Shown: piece by piece, positions 47,045-57,661 of the stretch
How positions within the stretch are numbered: position 1 is the first letter of the stretch
How the letters are laid out: every line of letters begins with the position of its first letter
Virus record (IMG/VR): IMGVR_UViG_3300042891_000377
Coordinates: 40,172-104,171 of that record
Source of the DNA: a virus
Strand: one strand, 5' to 3'
Length of the DNA: 64,000 nt
Program-made: the position numbers and the translations under genes
The notes under the pieces: model-generated
What the model saw: only the letters and a program-made list of their open reading frames with translations
Told to the model about the DNA's origin: nothing
The model's database searches: none

Positions 47045-49023
47045 TGTCGGCACGTATACGTTCATTTAAATTTGACAATGTATCAAAGAAAATATCTATT
47101 GCAGGGCAGGTAGTATCCGATGGATCAACTAGTACCCCTACAGTATCTGGTAATTTGTCAGCAAATACGCAGGGTAATATTACTTCTGTGGGTACATTAA
47201 GCTCGCTGGTTGTAACTGGTAATATATCAGCAGCAAATTACAATTATGCCAATGGTGTTAGTATATTAGCAGGGGTTATAGCTAATGCAGGAGCACAGTC
47301 TGCATCAATAGCATCGCTGAATACAACTAAGGCAAATCTGAGTGGTGCAACATTCTCTGGACCAGTTACGACTACAGAATTATTTGTTACATCCCCGGGT
47401 GGTGACGAGGGTGGACAACTTAACCTAGCTCCGTCAGCGACCAATACTACTTTAGCTGGCAATGTTGTTATTGATGTATTCCAAAATAGATTAAGAATTT
47501 TCGAAGGAGGCGGAACAGCTCGCGGTGGATATTTTGATCTATCAGGATTAAGTGCAGGTGTAGGTACTAACCTAGCCGCAGGCGGTGGCGGTTCTCCGGG
47601 CGGAACAAATTCACAAATACAATTTAATAATTCTTCTTCGTTTGGTGGTGCATTAAGTTTATATTACTTTTCAGGTAATGGTGTAGTTTTAGCCAACGCT
47701 GCCGTTGCATCAACTTCAACTACGACCGGTGCACTGCAAGTATCTGGTGGTATTGGTGTAGCTGGTAATGTGTGGTGTGGTCAAGTTTATTCAACTAATA
47801 ATGGCAACGGTACTAACTATAGAATCGGTGATGACGCTTGGTTGGGTGATGTGAATACAGCAGATACTGCACAAATAATGGGCGCACAGAATGGTAATAA
47901 TGGTTATTTACGATTTGGTAATGTAGGTACAGAAACATTAGGTCGTGCCGGTAGTGGTGCGTTAACCTGGACAGGTACGTTCTCTGCGGGCAACATTAAT
48001 TCCGATAATCATAATTATGCAAATGGTACTTCGATAATTACCACATTATCAACTACTATTACCACTGCTAACACTAACATGAAAGGATATGTTGATGGGC
48101 AGATATCGACTACTAGTTCATCAGTAACCACAGCCAACACCAACATGAAAGGATATGTTGATGCGGCTAATACTATACAGTCAAATCAAATAGCAGGTGC
48201 CAATGCTGCTATAGTTACTGCTAACACAGCACTTAAAGGTTATACTGATGCTGCAATTACTACAGTTACCAATTCAGTTACTGGTGCTAATGCCGCAATA
48301 CCTGTCTATACTGCTGGTATCACTGCTCCAAGTAGCCCAAAATCAAATGATGTATGGTACGATACTGCAACAGATATAACATTTTTATATATAAACGATG
48401 GTGATAGTAATCAATGGGTTGATATAACATCAACTCCGCTAAATGTTGCAGTATCTACGGTAACCGGAACCACGTTAAGTATTTCGGGCGCCGGATCTAT
48501 AGGTACTACATTTAGTTCTGGAGCACATACTATTACTGGTAGTCCTACTACTGCCCTTATTAATGGTGGTACAAATGGAGTAGGGAATATCGGAGCTAGT
48601 GGTGCTACATTTAATACTATATTTGCAAAATCAACTTCGGCTCAATATGCCGATTTGGCAGAAAAATATACATCAGATAATGAGTATAACCCAGGTACTG
48701 TTTTAATATTTGGAGGATTACAGGAAGTTACAATATCAACCAACTCGCATGATCCTACGGTTGCTGGGGTCGTAACTACAAATCCTGCATATCTAATGAA
48801 TAATGATATTATCGGAGTAGCAGTTGCACTAACCGGAAGAGTACCATGTCAAGTAAAGGGGCCGGTAAATAAAGGTGATAGATTAGTTTCCAGTAGCACT
48901 CATGGTACAGCACAACGATTAAGTATGAGTGAATATACTCCGGGTTGTATAATAGGTAAGAGCTTAGAAACAATCGAAACTAACGAAATTAAATTAATTG
49001 AAGTAGCAATAGGAAGATTTTAA
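47044..49023 (+). CDS. Long tail fibre protein
   Basis: PGGTNSQIQFN, repeated TTANTNMKGYVD, shared AQYADLAE C-terminal module. Confidence 0.7.
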   Translation: MSARIRSFKFDNVSKKISIAGQVVSDGSTSTPTVSGNLSANTQGNITSVGTLSSLVVTGNISAANYNYANGVSILAGVIANAGAQSASIASLNTTKANLSGATFSGPVTTTELFVTSPGGDEGGQLNLAPSATNTTLAGNVVIDVFQNRLRIFEGGGTARGGYFDLSGLSAGVGTNLAAGGGGSPGGTNSQIQFNNSSSFGGALSLYYFSGNGVVLANAAVASTSTTTGALQVSGGIGVAGNVWCGQVYSTNNGNGTNYRIGDDAWLGDVNTADTAQIMGAQNGNNGYLRFGNVGTETLGRAGSGALTWTGTFSAGNINSDNHNYANGTSIITTLSTTITTANTNMKGYVDGQISTTSSSVTTANTNMKGYVDAANTIQSNQIAGANAAIVTANTALKGYTDAAITTVTNSVTGANAAIPVYTAGITAPSSPKSNDVWYDTATDITFLYINDGDSNQWVDITSTPLNVAVSTVTGTTLSISGAGSIGTTFSSGAHTITGSPTTALINGGTNGVGNIGASGATFNTIFAKSTSAQYADLAEKYTSDNEYNPGTVLIFGGLQEVTISTNSHDPTVAGVVTTNPAYLMNNDIIGVAVALTGRVPCQVKGPVNKGDRLVSSSTHGTAQRLSMSEYTPGCIIGKSLETIETNEIKLIEVAIGRF

Positions 49024-49025
49024 TC

Positions 49026-49784
49026 ATGGCAGGATTTCCAACTGGTCCAACCAATGGGCAACAAGTAACAGCAAATGGAATTACATACACTTATAATAGT
49101 ACCAAAACAGCTTGGGTGCGCAATACTACAGCTGGTACAAACTTAACAGCGGCAAGTTTAGCAGTTACAAATAGTACAGCAAGTACTAGTTCGGCCTCGG
49201 GTGCCTTAATAGTAACAGGCGGTGTGGGCATTGGCGGTAATTTATATGTTGCCGGAGCAATAAACATTGCTACATTAGGAGTAACTACGCTTACAGTTAG
49301 TACAACTTCGTCGCTTGCCGCTGCAACAGCCGCATCTTTATCTACAGCAACAATAGTGGCATCAGGTACAACGCAAGTGCAGTCACTTGGTATAGGTACT
49401 GCTGCAAGTGGAATAACAGGTGAGATACGTGCAACAAATGCCATTACAGCATTTTATTCAGACAAACGATTAAAAACAAATTTCAAAACAATTGAAAACC
49501 CATTAGACAAAGTAGATCAACTTACTGGACTAATGTACACACAAAATGCATTAGCTGAACAGTTTGGGTATAATGATTACTCACAACAAGTTGGCGTGTT
49601 TGCACAAGATGTACAACAAGTACAACCAGAAGCAGTCAAACCTGCTCCATTTGATATTGCTGAAGATGGTACAAGTAGTTCGGGCGAAAACTACCTTACT
49701 GTACAATACGAAAAATTAATTCCGTTATTAATCGAAGCAATTAAAGAATTAAGGGCTGAAGTAAATCAGTTAAAAGGACTTTAA
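49026..49784 (+). CDS. Tail fibre with intramolecular chaperone (peptidase S74) domain
   Basis: YSDKRLKTN...GVFAQDVQ...YEKLIPLLIEAIKEL. Confidence 0.85.
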   Translation: MAGFPTGPTNGQQVTANGITYTYNSTKTAWVRNTTAGTNLTAASLAVTNSTASTSSASGALIVTGGVGIGGNLYVAGAINIATLGVTTLTVSTTSSLAAATAASLSTATIVASGTTQVQSLGIGTAASGITGEIRATNAITAFYSDKRLKTNFKTIENPLDKVDQLTGLMYTQNALAEQFGYNDYSQQVGVFAQDVQQVQPEAVKPAPFDIAEDGTSSSGENYLTVQYEKLIPLLIEAIKELRAEVNQLKGL

Positions 49785-49785
49785 C

Positions 49786-51105
49786 GTGGCAGTTAGCTTA
49801 ACTACTTCTAACTATAATCTATTAGACCCATCATCTTGGACTGCTGGATCTGGCAGTGTTGGTATATTTTCTGCAAATGGTGATACTGGAGAACAAAACA
49901 GATATATTGGCACGGATCCCTGGGGCAATGCTGCAATGGTTTGGCAATCAGTTCCATCGGGCAATAGTGGAGCCGACGGCGGATGGAACACTAGTGGAGT
50001 ATCTATCGATTCATCTAAATTATATAGATTTTCTGTCTGGGTTAAACGAACATCAGCAACTGGCGGCGGAACATTCTACTTTGGTCTACAAAGCAGTTCG
50101 GGTTCTACAGTAGGATTAGATAATGATGTTGTAAATACCAACCCATATTTTGATTATCGCGGAACTTCTGCGTTAACACAAAATCAATGGTATCTTTTTG
50201 TGGGTCATTGTTATCCAGCAACATATTATAGTCGGTTGCCACACGACGACAGTGGATATTATACCACCTCAGGAAGAGTTGGGTGGAATGCAGGTAATGT
50301 ACCAAACGATTGTAGGTGGGTAGCAGGAACAACTACTGCGGTGCATCGAACATATCATTACTATTGTGCAGAGGCTACTACCCATCTTGAATTTTTCTAT
50401 CCGAGGATCGACTGCATTGACGGAACACACCCGTCAATACAGAGGTTATTGTCTAATCCATCTGATTCGGAACGAATTACTTTTCCTGATTCTACGAGTC
50501 AAAGTACTAATTTTGACAGTGCAAAAGATGCCGGAAAACTAATGTCTACTACAACATTTACGAGTTCAGGTACCTGGATTAAACCACCGGCGTGTACTCG
50601 AATTATTGTTAAAGTAGTCGGCGCCGGCGGTGGCGCCTCTGGGTATTGCGAAAGTGGCGGCGCCGGCGGTTACTCAGAAAAAGTAATAGATGTTGCACAA
50701 ATATCTACTGTTGCAGTTACAGTAGGCGGCGGTGGGGGTGCTGTTGGTTACTACGCAGCAGGTGGAAACGGTGGTACAAGTTCATTTGGGTCTTACTGCT
50801 CCGCCACCGGCGGGTATGGAGCAAACCAACATGCAGGTCATACAGGTGGCCACGGTGGGGTTGGTTCTAGTGGTGATGTCAACTTTCTAGGTGGCACAGG
50901 GACTGGCCACGGAAATACTGGCGGCAGAGAAGCAGTTGGCACCGGCGGAGCGGGTTATTGGGGCGGCGGAAAAAGAGCATCACATTCCACTAATGCTGAT
51001 GTTGGCTATTCAGCGCCAGGCGCTGGTGGATGTGGCGGAGCAATGCAAGGATGGGTAGGCAGTGCAGGTGCCTCGGGATTAGTTGTTGTATATGAATATA
51101 GATAA
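49786..51105 (+). CDS. Glycine-rich tail-associated protein with an extra N-terminal beta domain
   Basis: FTSSGTWIKP, VGAGGG, GGTSSFG, GLVVVYEY. Confidence 0.7.
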   Translation: MAVSLTTSNYNLLDPSSWTAGSGSVGIFSANGDTGEQNRYIGTDPWGNAAMVWQSVPSGNSGADGGWNTSGVSIDSSKLYRFSVWVKRTSATGGGTFYFGLQSSSGSTVGLDNDVVNTNPYFDYRGTSALTQNQWYLFVGHCYPATYYSRLPHDDSGYYTTSGRVGWNAGNVPNDCRWVAGTTTAVHRTYHYYCAEATTHLEFFYPRIDCIDGTHPSIQRLLSNPSDSERITFPDSTSQSTNFDSAKDAGKLMSTTTFTSSGTWIKPPACTRIIVKVVGAGGGASGYCESGGAGGYSEKVIDVAQISTVAVTVGGGGGAVGYYAAGGNGGTSSFGSYCSATGGYGANQHAGHTGGHGGVGSSGDVNFLGGTGTGHGNTGGREAVGTGGAGYWGGGKRASHSTNADVGYSAPGAGGCGGAMQGWVGSAGASGLVVVYEYR

Positions 51106-51114
51106 GGAATTATC

Positions 51115-51786
51115 ATGGCAATTACATTAACCGCAACAGGAATCACTTTTCCTGATTCTACGAGTCAAAGTACCAAATTTGACAGTACGATAGATGTGGG
51201 TAGAATTATTAATATAACTTCATTTACTACAACGGGTACTTGGACCAAACCTGCTGGGTGTACGTCTGTGTTAGTTAAACTTGTGGGCGGTGGCGGTGGC
51301 GCCGCTGGGTATTGCGAAAGTGGCGGCGGTGGCGGTTATTCGGAAAAGGTTATTGATGTCACAGCAGTTGCCACAGTTGCAGTTACAGTAGGCGGTGGTG
51401 GTTCCTCGGTTGGTTACTACGCAGCTGGCGCAGCTGGTGGTACAAGTTCATTTGGTGCATACTGTTCTGCAACTGGTGGTGGTGGTGCAAATACAGGAGG
51501 TTCTCACTGTGGCGGCAACCCGGGATTAGGCAGTGGCGGAAGTATAAATCTATATGGCGGAGTCGGAACAGGTCACACAAACCATGGTGGCCATTTCCCT
51601 GGTGGTCAAGGCGGCGGAACATTCTTTGGGTCGAGTGGCACAGTAAATCGAGCCACCACAAGTAATAAATTATATAACGGATCACCAGGAACAGGCGGGC
51701 CTGGTGGTAGAACAAATGATGGCAGCGGCGGCGCTGGTATTGCAAATGGCGAGTCCGGTCTTGTTATCGTTTATGCATATAGTTGA
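51115..51786 (+). CDS. Glycine-rich tail-associated protein (paralog 2)
   Basis: Same motifs as 49786-51105. Confidence 0.7.
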   Translation: MAITLTATGITFPDSTSQSTKFDSTIDVGRIINITSFTTTGTWTKPAGCTSVLVKLVGGGGGAAGYCESGGGGGYSEKVIDVTAVATVAVTVGGGGSSVGYYAAGAAGGTSSFGAYCSATGGGGANTGGSHCGGNPGLGSGGSINLYGGVGTGHTNHGGHFPGGQGGGTFFGSSGTVNRATTSNKLYNGSPGTGGPGGRTNDGSGGAGIANGESGLVIVYAYS

Positions 51787-51795
51787 GGGAATAAC

Positions 51796-52458
51796 ATGGC
51801 AATCACATTAGGTATAAATGGTATTACTTTTTCAGATAATTCGATACAATTATCTAATTTTGACAGCTCGATTAGTACAGGTAAGTTATTATCTATATCG
51901 ACCTTTACAGCATCAGGCACATGGACTAAACCATCTGGCTGTACGAATATTGTAGTTAAAGTTGTTGGTGGTGGTGGTGGTGGTTCATCATACTGTGAAA
52001 GTGGTGGTGGTGGTGGATTTAGTGAAAAGAGGCTGGATGTAACCGCAGTTTCTACTGTTGCAGTTACAGTAGGTGGCGGCGGCCTATTAGCAGCTTATTC
52101 CGGCGGCAACGCTGGTGGTACAAGTTCATTTGGTGCATACTGTTCTGCCACTGGTGGATATGGATCTAATCAGAATCTTGGTCATACAGGTGGGTTTGGT
52201 GGTGTTGGATCTGGCGGCGATATTAATCTATACGGTGGATCCGGAACCGGTCATGGTAATTCTATGGGCAACGGAGCAATAGGTAAAGGCGGCCCTAGTT
52301 ATTGGGGCGGAAATTCTAATTTAACTGGACGACATCAAAATCCTGGTGGAACAAGAACAGCGGCACCTGGAGCAGGTGGTACAGGCGGTGTTACAAACGA
52401 AAATTTAGGTGGCCAAGGTGGGATGAATGGGCTAGTAGTTGTATGGGAATATAAATAA
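51796..52458 (+). CDS. Glycine-rich tail-associated protein (paralog 3)
   Basis: Same motifs as 49786-51105. Confidence 0.7.
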   Translation: MAITLGINGITFSDNSIQLSNFDSSISTGKLLSISTFTASGTWTKPSGCTNIVVKVVGGGGGGSSYCESGGGGGFSEKRLDVTAVSTVAVTVGGGGLLAAYSGGNAGGTSSFGAYCSATGGYGSNQNLGHTGGFGGVGSGGDINLYGGSGTGHGNSMGNGAIGKGGPSYWGGNSNLTGRHQNPGGTRTAAPGAGGTGGVTNENLGGQGGMNGLVVVWEYK

Positions 52459-52472
52459 AGGAGTGCAGTAAA

Positions 52473-52880
52473 ATGAAAAGAGCATTAATACATAGTGCAG
52501 AACCAGGTAGAGTTTGTGACGTAGTAGAGATTGGTAGTGAATTTGAAGTATCCCCAGATTTTAGTTGGATTGATTGCCCAGACGATACAACATCATCGCA
52601 CACCTATGATGCAGACACACAGACATTTAAAGCATTTGATATGTTATCAATGCCGGGGTTTACTGAAAATGCATATAAAATTGCACGTTCGATTGCATAT
52701 ACAGACATTGGTAATCAATTGGATATGTTATATAAAGAATTGCAAGCAACGGGTACAATTAGCAATGTTGGTCCGTGGTCAACACACATAACAGCAGTTA
52801 AAGGTGCAATACCAAAAGATGATCCTGCCGCAGTACTAGCGTGGAATATTGCACAGGTGCAAGCAAATAACCCGCAATAG
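52473..52880 (+). CDS. Putative tail fibre assembly/chaperone protein
   Basis: WIDCPDD; R..AY..IGNQLDMLY...VK..IPK; follows fibre genes. Confidence 0.55.
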   Translation: MKRALIHSAEPGRVCDVVEIGSEFEVSPDFSWIDCPDDTTSSHTYDADTQTFKAFDMLSMPGFTENAYKIARSIAYTDIGNQLDMLYKELQATGTISNVGPWSTHITAVKGAIPKDDPAAVLAWNIAQVQANNPQ

Positions 52881-52916
52881 GTTGTAATACACAATCGTTT
52901 CGTGTATAATATTAGT

Positions 52917-54146
52917 ATGACCACATACTCGAAACGATTTTCAATAGCACACTGGGATAGACTCTCAGAAGAACATGCTGATGCTTATTATACAATGTTT
53001 AAGAATGCAAGTCCTGAATTTTTAGACAATATTCACGATATCTACTTTGGCAAATACTTTTACTATAATTACAATGGTGTAGATAAACGATGTGGAAATC
53101 CAATGGGAGTCGAAGCATCGGACACTCACATTGATTACCTATTTAAAATACAAGAAGAACTTGGTGTTGAAATATCACTTACATTTAACACTGTTCAAGT
53201 ACCGCACGAAGTAATATTCAATTACGAAATTAGACAACAGTTTGTGCAATGGATTGGTTCATATTATGATCGTGGATTACGTAGTTGTACTATGTCAAGC
53301 GAACACATATTGCGTACAGGTGAGTTACAAACACGCTGCCCTGATATGCGATGGAAAAGCACAGTAAATCAAATTGTATCCGACGCACAGCAATTTATTG
53401 ACTATGCGTATCTTGGATACAATACTATTTTATTAGACAGAAGTTTAAATAGAAACATTAAAGAACTTAAAAAGATTAAGAAGGCACAGGACTATCTTAA
53501 TGGCAAAAACCCCCAAAAGAAATTACTAACATCATTGCTGATTGCCGAAGCATGTGTTTACCATTGCCCGTTTAAGAAAGAACACGATAGCGTAGGCGAA
53601 GTTATAAGCACTGAGTATTTTAGAGATGCCGCCAATCTTTCGTGTAATGGCTGGCGTGGTTCGGAAGCATTTAAACAATTACCGCGAGTGGGCATTGACT
53701 TAGTTGCTGTTGATGCAAAAACATTAAATCAATTTTTAGATCTAGTTGATATATTTAAATTCTCCGGACGATTAACTCAAGCACCATTCCTTGCTAAAGA
53801 TGCCAAGTATGCTAAAGCAGTATGGTTTTATAAGACACAAAAACTAGATCAACAGAACACAAATATTGGCAACACAGTATACGCAGATAACTATAAAGAT
53901 ATAGTCGATAATAATCTTGCACCGTTACACGATTGGATTCCTGGTTGGATTGATACACGATTTACTAAAGAAGATTATAAAACAACTTACACAATTTATA
54001 CTGGCATATGGTCGACTGCTCCGGGTAAGAAGTTAGAGAAACTATTAACAACGTGTAGAAATCAGTGTTGGGATTGTCATCAATGCGAACGTACATTTGG
54101 TACAGATGATATCGATTCTGCATTGCAACTAAGGAAAGTAGTATGA
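52917..54146 (+). CDS. Peptidase U32-like (Fe-S) protein
   Basis: STVN, LDRSLNRN, EACVYHCP, FKFSGR, C-terminal CRNQCWDCHQC. Confidence 0.6.
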   Translation: MTTYSKRFSIAHWDRLSEEHADAYYTMFKNASPEFLDNIHDIYFGKYFYYNYNGVDKRCGNPMGVEASDTHIDYLFKIQEELGVEISLTFNTVQVPHEVIFNYEIRQQFVQWIGSYYDRGLRSCTMSSEHILRTGELQTRCPDMRWKSTVNQIVSDAQQFIDYAYLGYNTILLDRSLNRNIKELKKIKKAQDYLNGKNPQKKLLTSLLIAEACVYHCPFKKEHDSVGEVISTEYFRDAANLSCNGWRGSEAFKQLPRVGIDLVAVDAKTLNQFLDLVDIFKFSGRLTQAPFLAKDAKYAKAVWFYKTQKLDQQNTNIGNTVYADNYKDIVDNNLAPLHDWIPGWIDTRFTKEDYKTTYTIYTGIWSTAPGKKLEKLLTTCRNQCWDCHQCERTFGTDDIDSALQLRKVV

Positions 54147-55747
54147 GAAACAAAATTGAAAGAATAACTATTGTAGGAGGCGGCAGTTCGGGATGGATGA
54201 CAGCGGCTGCTATATCAAAACAATTACCACACGTTAAACTTACTCTAATCGAGTCGCCCAATATCCCAACAATTGGAGTAGGCGAAAGTACAATCGGACA
54301 GATAAACGAATTCCTTCACTATCTTGGTCTTAAAGATGAAGATTGGATGAAGCACTGTAACGCAACATATAAGACATCAATTAAGTTTATCGATTTTAGA
54401 GAAAACCCAACAGAAAAGCCACACGTATTTCATTACCCGTTTGGTAGATATGACTTTACTGATAAGCCCAGAGGTCTAATGGAATGGTTTATTGGTGCCG
54501 CAACACTACCTAATATTGATCCATATTCATTTGCAGAATTTTATCACGATCAGGTTATAATGACTGATGCAAATAAAATGACAAAGAATGAGGATCATCT
54601 AATACGTGGATTTAATTTTAAATCCGACACAGCATATCATATGGATGCAACTCTATTTGGTAATTATCTACGTGACCATTTATGTTTGCCGGTGGGTATG
54701 ACACATATTCTAGATAACGTGTTAACCGCAACAATGGATGCAAAAGGACACATTGATACTATTGTAACTGAAAAGAATGGTGAGCTAACAGCAGATTTGT
54801 TTATTGACTGTACGGGTTTTAGATCACTATTACTTGAACAAACATTAAAAGTTCCATTCATATCATTCCATGACACACTATTAAATGATAGCGCAGTAGC
54901 AGGTGTTATTCCATATATCGATAAAGATAAAGAAATGGAGTGCGTTACAAGTTGTACTGCAATTGAAGCAGGATGGGTTTGGAATATCCCTTTGTGGGAT
55001 AGACTTGGCACGGGGTATGTTTACTCAAGTAAATTTGCAACAAAAGAACAAGCAGAAGAACAATTTAAAAATCATTTAAAATCTAATAGAATGACAGTAC
55101 AAGATGTTGCACGTGTTGACGCAATGGAAGTTCGACATATTGCTATTAAACATGGTGTACATGAACGTACCTGGGAAAAGAATGTTATTGGTATAGGTCT
55201 ATCAAATGGATTCATTGAGCCACTTGAATCAACTGGTTTAATGCTTACACATGAATGTATTATTAAGATGGTAAATCTACTCAAAATGCGCAATGGCAGA
55301 GTTACGCGGTTTGATGTTGATGCATTTAATTTTGCATTTCGTGAACAAATTACAGGATTTAAAGACTTTATCAGTCAGCACTATGCCTTGTCTATGCGTA
55401 ATGATAGTGCATACTGGAATCATGTTAGTGAAGAAACTACATATTCACAACAGATGTATGATTTTAAAGCTGGCGTATTAGGTTCATACAATGATATTGC
55501 ATATCGACTTCATAGGTCGCGTGTAGTAGGCAACGACATGGGCGGAATAGCATATATCATTGCAGGCATGGGGCACAACGTTATTGATAGTAGCAGAGTA
55601 GATTTTAATAATAATCAGTACAGCGAACCCGTTGATATGGCTACTAATACATGGAACACATGGCGCGAACACCGAGCACAAACTGTTAAAGTTGTCGATG
55701 CATTACCTACACATTACGCATTTCTAAAAAGCACAATATATAAATGA
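54143..55747 (+). CDS. Flavin-dependent tryptophan halogenase family protein
   Basis: GGGSSGW, IGVGEST, ATYK, FIDCTGF, GWVWNIP, FIEPLESTG. Confidence 0.9.
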   Translation: MRNKIERITIVGGGSSGWMTAAAISKQLPHVKLTLIESPNIPTIGVGESTIGQINEFLHYLGLKDEDWMKHCNATYKTSIKFIDFRENPTEKPHVFHYPFGRYDFTDKPRGLMEWFIGAATLPNIDPYSFAEFYHDQVIMTDANKMTKNEDHLIRGFNFKSDTAYHMDATLFGNYLRDHLCLPVGMTHILDNVLTATMDAKGHIDTIVTEKNGELTADLFIDCTGFRSLLLEQTLKVPFISFHDTLLNDSAVAGVIPYIDKDKEMECVTSCTAIEAGWVWNIPLWDRLGTGYVYSSKFATKEQAEEQFKNHLKSNRMTVQDVARVDAMEVRHIAIKHGVHERTWEKNVIGIGLSNGFIEPLESTGLMLTHECIIKMVNLLKMRNGRVTRFDVDAFNFAFREQITGFKDFISQHYALSMRNDSAYWNHVSEETTYSQQMYDFKAGVLGSYNDIAYRLHRSRVVGNDMGGIAYIIAGMGHNVIDSSRVDFNNNQYSEPVDMATNTWNTWREHRAQTVKVVDALPTHYAFLKSTIYK

Positions 55748-55920
55748 CAGAAACACATATACGAACCCTTGCTCGCACACTAAGTTATCGATTTGCGGCT
55801 GCGGCAATTACAGCATTGTGGACAGGACTCGGGCAAGCAATTGCAATTCATATAGTGTTAGCGGCACTTCATTACGTAATGGAACGTATATGGTTACAGA
55901 TCAACTGGGGCAAATCTTAG
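55744..55920 (+). CDS. Small membrane protein, DUF2061-like, 58 aa (not in ORF track)
   Basis: MTETHIRTLARTLSYR...HYVMERIWLQINWG. Confidence 0.65.
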   Translation: MTETHIRTLARTLSYRFAAAAITALWTGLGQAIAIHIVLAALHYVMERIWLQINWGKS

Positions 55921-55921
55921 G

Positions 55922-55950
55922 TTGACAAGATGGCAAAATGGCTGTATAAT
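55922..55950 (+). promoter_or_regulatory. Sigma70-type promoter
   Basis: TTGACA-17-TATAAT. Confidence 0.8.
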
Positions 55951-55968
55951 ACACTTATAAATTAATAA

Positions 55969-57315
55969 ATGAGTGTATACATGATAAACGCTATTTTAGA
56001 AGAAGTCGCAAACGAACCCAGTAAGAATGCAAAAATTGCCATCCTTACCAAGCACAAAGACAATAAAGAATTACAGGAAGTTGTTCGTCTTGCATATGAC
56101 CCAACTGTAAACTTCTTCATTAAAAAAATTCCCCCGTACGAAACTAAAATGCGCATTGACTTCATGACTATGTCAGAAGCATTTTCGTTATTAGAAATGT
56201 TAAGCACACGCCAAGTTACTGGCACTGCTGGTATTAATCAGCTTAAACTTATACTAGAATGTGTGTCAGCAGACAATGCAAAAGTAATTGCTAAAATTGT
56301 AGACCGTGACCTACGTGCTGGCTTTGGTGAATCGACTGCAAACAAAGTATGGAAGAATTTAATTCCAGAGTTTCCATACATGCGTTGCGCACTGCCAAAG
56401 GCCGCTAAGTTAGATGAGTTTAGTTGGACTAGTGGTGTGTTTAGTCAGCTTAAAGCAGATGGTATGTTTGCCAATGTAAATCACACAGCAGATGGTGAAG
56501 TACAAATTCTAAGTCGTGCGGGTTCATTGTTTCCACCGCAACACTTTGCACACTTAATTGCTGACGTACAAAAAACATTTCCAATTGGTACACAATCACA
56601 CGGCGAATTGCTAATTAAACGTGATGGTGTTGTGCTACCACGTCAAATTGGTAATGGTATCTTAAACAAGGTGCAAAAAGGTGGCGATATTGAATCAAAT
56701 GATGAGATTGTATACCTAGTATGGGATCAAATTGCCCTAACTTCGGTAGTTTCTAAAGGTACTTACAATGTACCTTATCAACTTCGCTTTGCTGAATTAG
56801 CGGCACAAACGATGAAAGCAGAATGTATTGAACTTATCGAAACACGCATTGTACACACAATGGAAGAAGCACTTGCTCACTATCGTGAAATGTTAGATGC
56901 AGGTATGGAAGGCACTATTATTAAAAATGCCCTAGGTATTTGGAAAGATACTACTAGCAAAGACCAAGTCAAGATGAAACTTGATATCGATGTTGATTTG
57001 GTTATAATGGGATTTAATGCCGGCAATGGTAAAAACGAAGCAACATTTGGTTCTATTGTTTGTCAATCAAGCGATGGCTTACTTGAAGTAAACATCAGTG
57101 GCTTTACAGACGAAGTGCGTTTAGAAGTGCATAACAATCGCGATCGACTACTTGGTACAATTGTCACAGTTAAAGGTAACAGTATTATGCCACCAACAGG
57201 TAATAACACAAAATACTCATTGTTCCTTCCACGCTTTGCTGAATTTAGAACAGACAAAACAGTAGCAGATGACTTAGCCAAGGTTATCGAACAGTTTGAC
57301 AATGCTATTAAATGA
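55969..57315 (+). CDS. ATP-dependent DNA ligase (T4 gp30-like)
   Basis: QLKADG (motif I), HGEL, EGTIIK, KMK, SLFLPRF; start may be 55981. Confidence 0.92.
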   Translation: MSVYMINAILEEVANEPSKNAKIAILTKHKDNKELQEVVRLAYDPTVNFFIKKIPPYETKMRIDFMTMSEAFSLLEMLSTRQVTGTAGINQLKLILECVSADNAKVIAKIVDRDLRAGFGESTANKVWKNLIPEFPYMRCALPKAAKLDEFSWTSGVFSQLKADGMFANVNHTADGEVQILSRAGSLFPPQHFAHLIADVQKTFPIGTQSHGELLIKRDGVVLPRQIGNGILNKVQKGGDIESNDEIVYLVWDQIALTSVVSKGTYNVPYQLRFAELAAQTMKAECIELIETRIVHTMEEALAHYREMLDAGMEGTIIKNALGIWKDTTSKDQVKMKLDIDVDLVIMGFNAGNGKNEATFGSIVCQSSDGLLEVNISGFTDEVRLEVHNNRDRLLGTIVTVKGNSIMPPTGNNTKYSLFLPRFAEFRTDKTVADDLAKVIEQFDNAIK

Positions 57316-57608
57316 TAGTAAAATTAATAAACTGGTTAAGGATATTATTAATGACAAAAAACTATAAGTTAGCACAGGAAGCTAACAAAGGCACTGTCTA
57401 CGGTGCTATGTTAGAAATTACTAAGAATCCACGATTATGGCGTTCAAGTCCTGTTGGTCGCGAGTATTGCCATCTTACAGAAGAAGGCCGAGAAGTTATC
57501 GCAGATCTAATGCAGGACCTACTACGTACTGTAGATGTATTAGAAAAGAAAGCCATAGATCAACGTGCTAAAGAAATTACATTTGACATTTTGAAAGGTA
57601 AAGAATAA
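57312..57608 (+). CDS. Hypothetical phage protein
   Basis: Coupled ORF. Confidence 0.6.
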   Translation: MIVKLINWLRILLMTKNYKLAQEANKGTVYGAMLEITKNPRLWRSSPVGREYCHLTEEGREVIADLMQDLLRTVDVLEKKAIDQRAKEITFDILKGKE

Positions 57609-57661
57609 TGTTATTGGCCTGGGGCATGGACGCATTTACTGAATCAATAGAAAGGAATCGT

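Noticed and set aside
49786-52458. Diversity-generating retroelement or GGT microsatellites
   Set aside because: No reverse transcriptase in the window and no adenine-specific TR/VR pattern seen; GGT runs encode poly-Gly.
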